Assembly: GCA_030167865.1 (NCBI GenBank)
Contig: JALAGF010003431.1
Span: 1 to 51,752 of the forward strand
Direction of reading: 5' to 3'
Length of the DNA: 51,752 bases
Source of the DNA: Craspedostauros australis
Taxonomy: Eukaryota
The position numbers were made by a program, and so were the translations under genes. Numbering within the stretch: the stretch's first letter is position 1; every line of letters starts with the position of its first letter. The notes under the pieces were generated by a model. That model searched no databases. It saw only the letters and a list, made by a program, of their open reading frames with translations, and was not told where the DNA came from. Shown piece by piece: positions 50,701 to 51,752 of this stretch.

Positions 50701-51566
50701 TTCCGCACCTGCTTGATCTTCATAGGATTGCTGCTGGATCGCTTGTTCTTTGGCAGCAGATGAGGTGGCGTGGGCAGCTTCTTTCCAGTGACGAACAACC
50801 GCGTTTGCGGCGGAATGGGACCGCCCTGCAGCGAGAGAGCGTCCTTGACGGCGTCGTACCATGTGGAGTGATCCGTGTTGACTTCGTCAGGGATTTGAAT
50901 GGACGTGCACTTGGTATCCTCCACACCCTGGCTGTAGGGACATGGTCCCCACGCCAGAGCGGCCTCGCAGACGTAGCAGCAGTAGTAGGTGGAGAAATGC
51001 AACGGTTTGCTCGCGCAGCAGCCATCTTCCTTCTTTCCCAACGGACCGACGCCAAACACGATGGACTCCGCCAGCATGCGCACCAAATCCACTGGGCTGG
51101 TGCCCTTGATGACGGGGATCTTGTTGGCCTCCAGCACGGACTTGACCGCCGCGATGGGAAGCTCCGTCGGTTTCTTCGTGGTGCAATCGCGGATGGCCCA
51201 CACGATATTCGCTTGATCACGCACCGCCTTGACTTCCGCGATCTTCTTCGCATCCGTGCGCTTGGCGTAAGGGCGGTACTTGAGGATGTAGTTCTCAATG
51301 CGAACCTGATCGACAGGACGCAGATCATCGAATCCGCCGATCTCGTCGGTGGACGAGGGTCGGTTGTTCACGGTCTTCTTGGATGCGAAGAAGGCGCTGG
51401 CCTTGCTCCAGTTGGGCTCGAAGCCATCGAAGTGACGGCTCTTCTTCATGACTGCGATGCGCAGCGTGCCCTTCGAAATCGACGACTTTGAGGTCTTGCA
51501 TGTGGAACGCGAGCTCTTCGCGTAATCCGTCATGAACGGAAAGTTGCTGCTGTTGGTGCTCGCCAT
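47706..51566 (-). CDS. PARP1: PARP1-like poly(ADP-ribose) polymerase: degenerate zf-PARP - PADR1/Zn3 - WGR - regulatory - catalytic - C-terminal macrodomain with an inserted domain
   Basis: First ATG 51566. Motifs '[13 protein letters not shown]..FDG', Zn3 '[19 protein letters not shown]', 'WRVWGRV', 'KMPLGNM', catalytic '[43 protein letters not shown]' (H-Y-E triad) and macro '[15 protein letters not shown]'. Confidence 0.95.
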   Translation of the reverse strand: [1286 protein letters not shown]

Positions 51567-51752
51567 GGTCGCTCCTGCTATCCGTTTCTGTCTGCGGCGA
51601 GTATGAGTGTGGTTGTGCTCTGAATGGGTCTTGTTGCTGTGATTGATGATTGATTGTCTCTGATTGAGATTATGAGCCCGATCAGTGAGTCGACCAATCG
51701 TTTGAAATGAAGAGTGTAGTCGAATTTCTGGGATTTTCAAACTAAGCACATA

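Noticed and set aside
46506-51491. Long antisense ORFs over HCAR and PARP1 (46506..47360 -, 50631..51491 +)
   Set aside because: Shadows of well-supported genes on the opposite strand.
1-51752. Transposons, rRNA or viral insertions
   Set aside because: No reverse transcriptase, integrase, transposase, LTR/TIR pair, rRNA motif or viral hallmark gene was recognised.

Overview
Gene-dense, intron-poor eukaryotic nuclear DNA from an alga with a secondary red plastid, most likely a (pennate) diatom. The basis is GT-AG introns, bipartite signal peptide + ASAF(AP)-type plastid presequences, a nuclear sigma-70 factor and diatom-type LRR and receptor-kinase families. I can support 19 protein-coding genes and one tRNA. 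The genes are a plastid sigma factor (cut by the left edge), a possible ITFG2-like propeller, EMC6, PCH2/TRIP13, a signal-peptide-bearing 20S proteasome beta1, a MATE transporter, SDHAF1, an RNI-like LRR protein, two tandem MFS paralogues, a DGQHR/ParB-like protein, a plastid histidine phosphatase, a large receptor kinase, a low-complexity orphan, DDX11, TMEM97, an EXS protein, an HCAR-like FrhB-family protein and a PARP1-like protein; the tRNA is tRNA-Gln(CUG). No transposon or cas gene was recognised. The most notable items are: (1) a single-pass receptor fusing an extracellular PhnD-like binding domain, an intact Ser/Thr(TKL) kinase, an intact histidine kinase and duplicated receiver domains; (2) a PARP1 whose first zinc finger has lost most zinc ligands, fused to a macroH2A-like macrodomain that is split by an inserted uncharacterised domain; (3) a probably mitochondrial DGQHR/ParB-like protein; (4) an HCAR-type enzyme in a lineage without chlorophyll b; (5) E2F + CHR-like promoter motifs before the genome-maintenance genes. 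All family assignments come from motif recognition by eye and recalled reference sequences, not from database searches.
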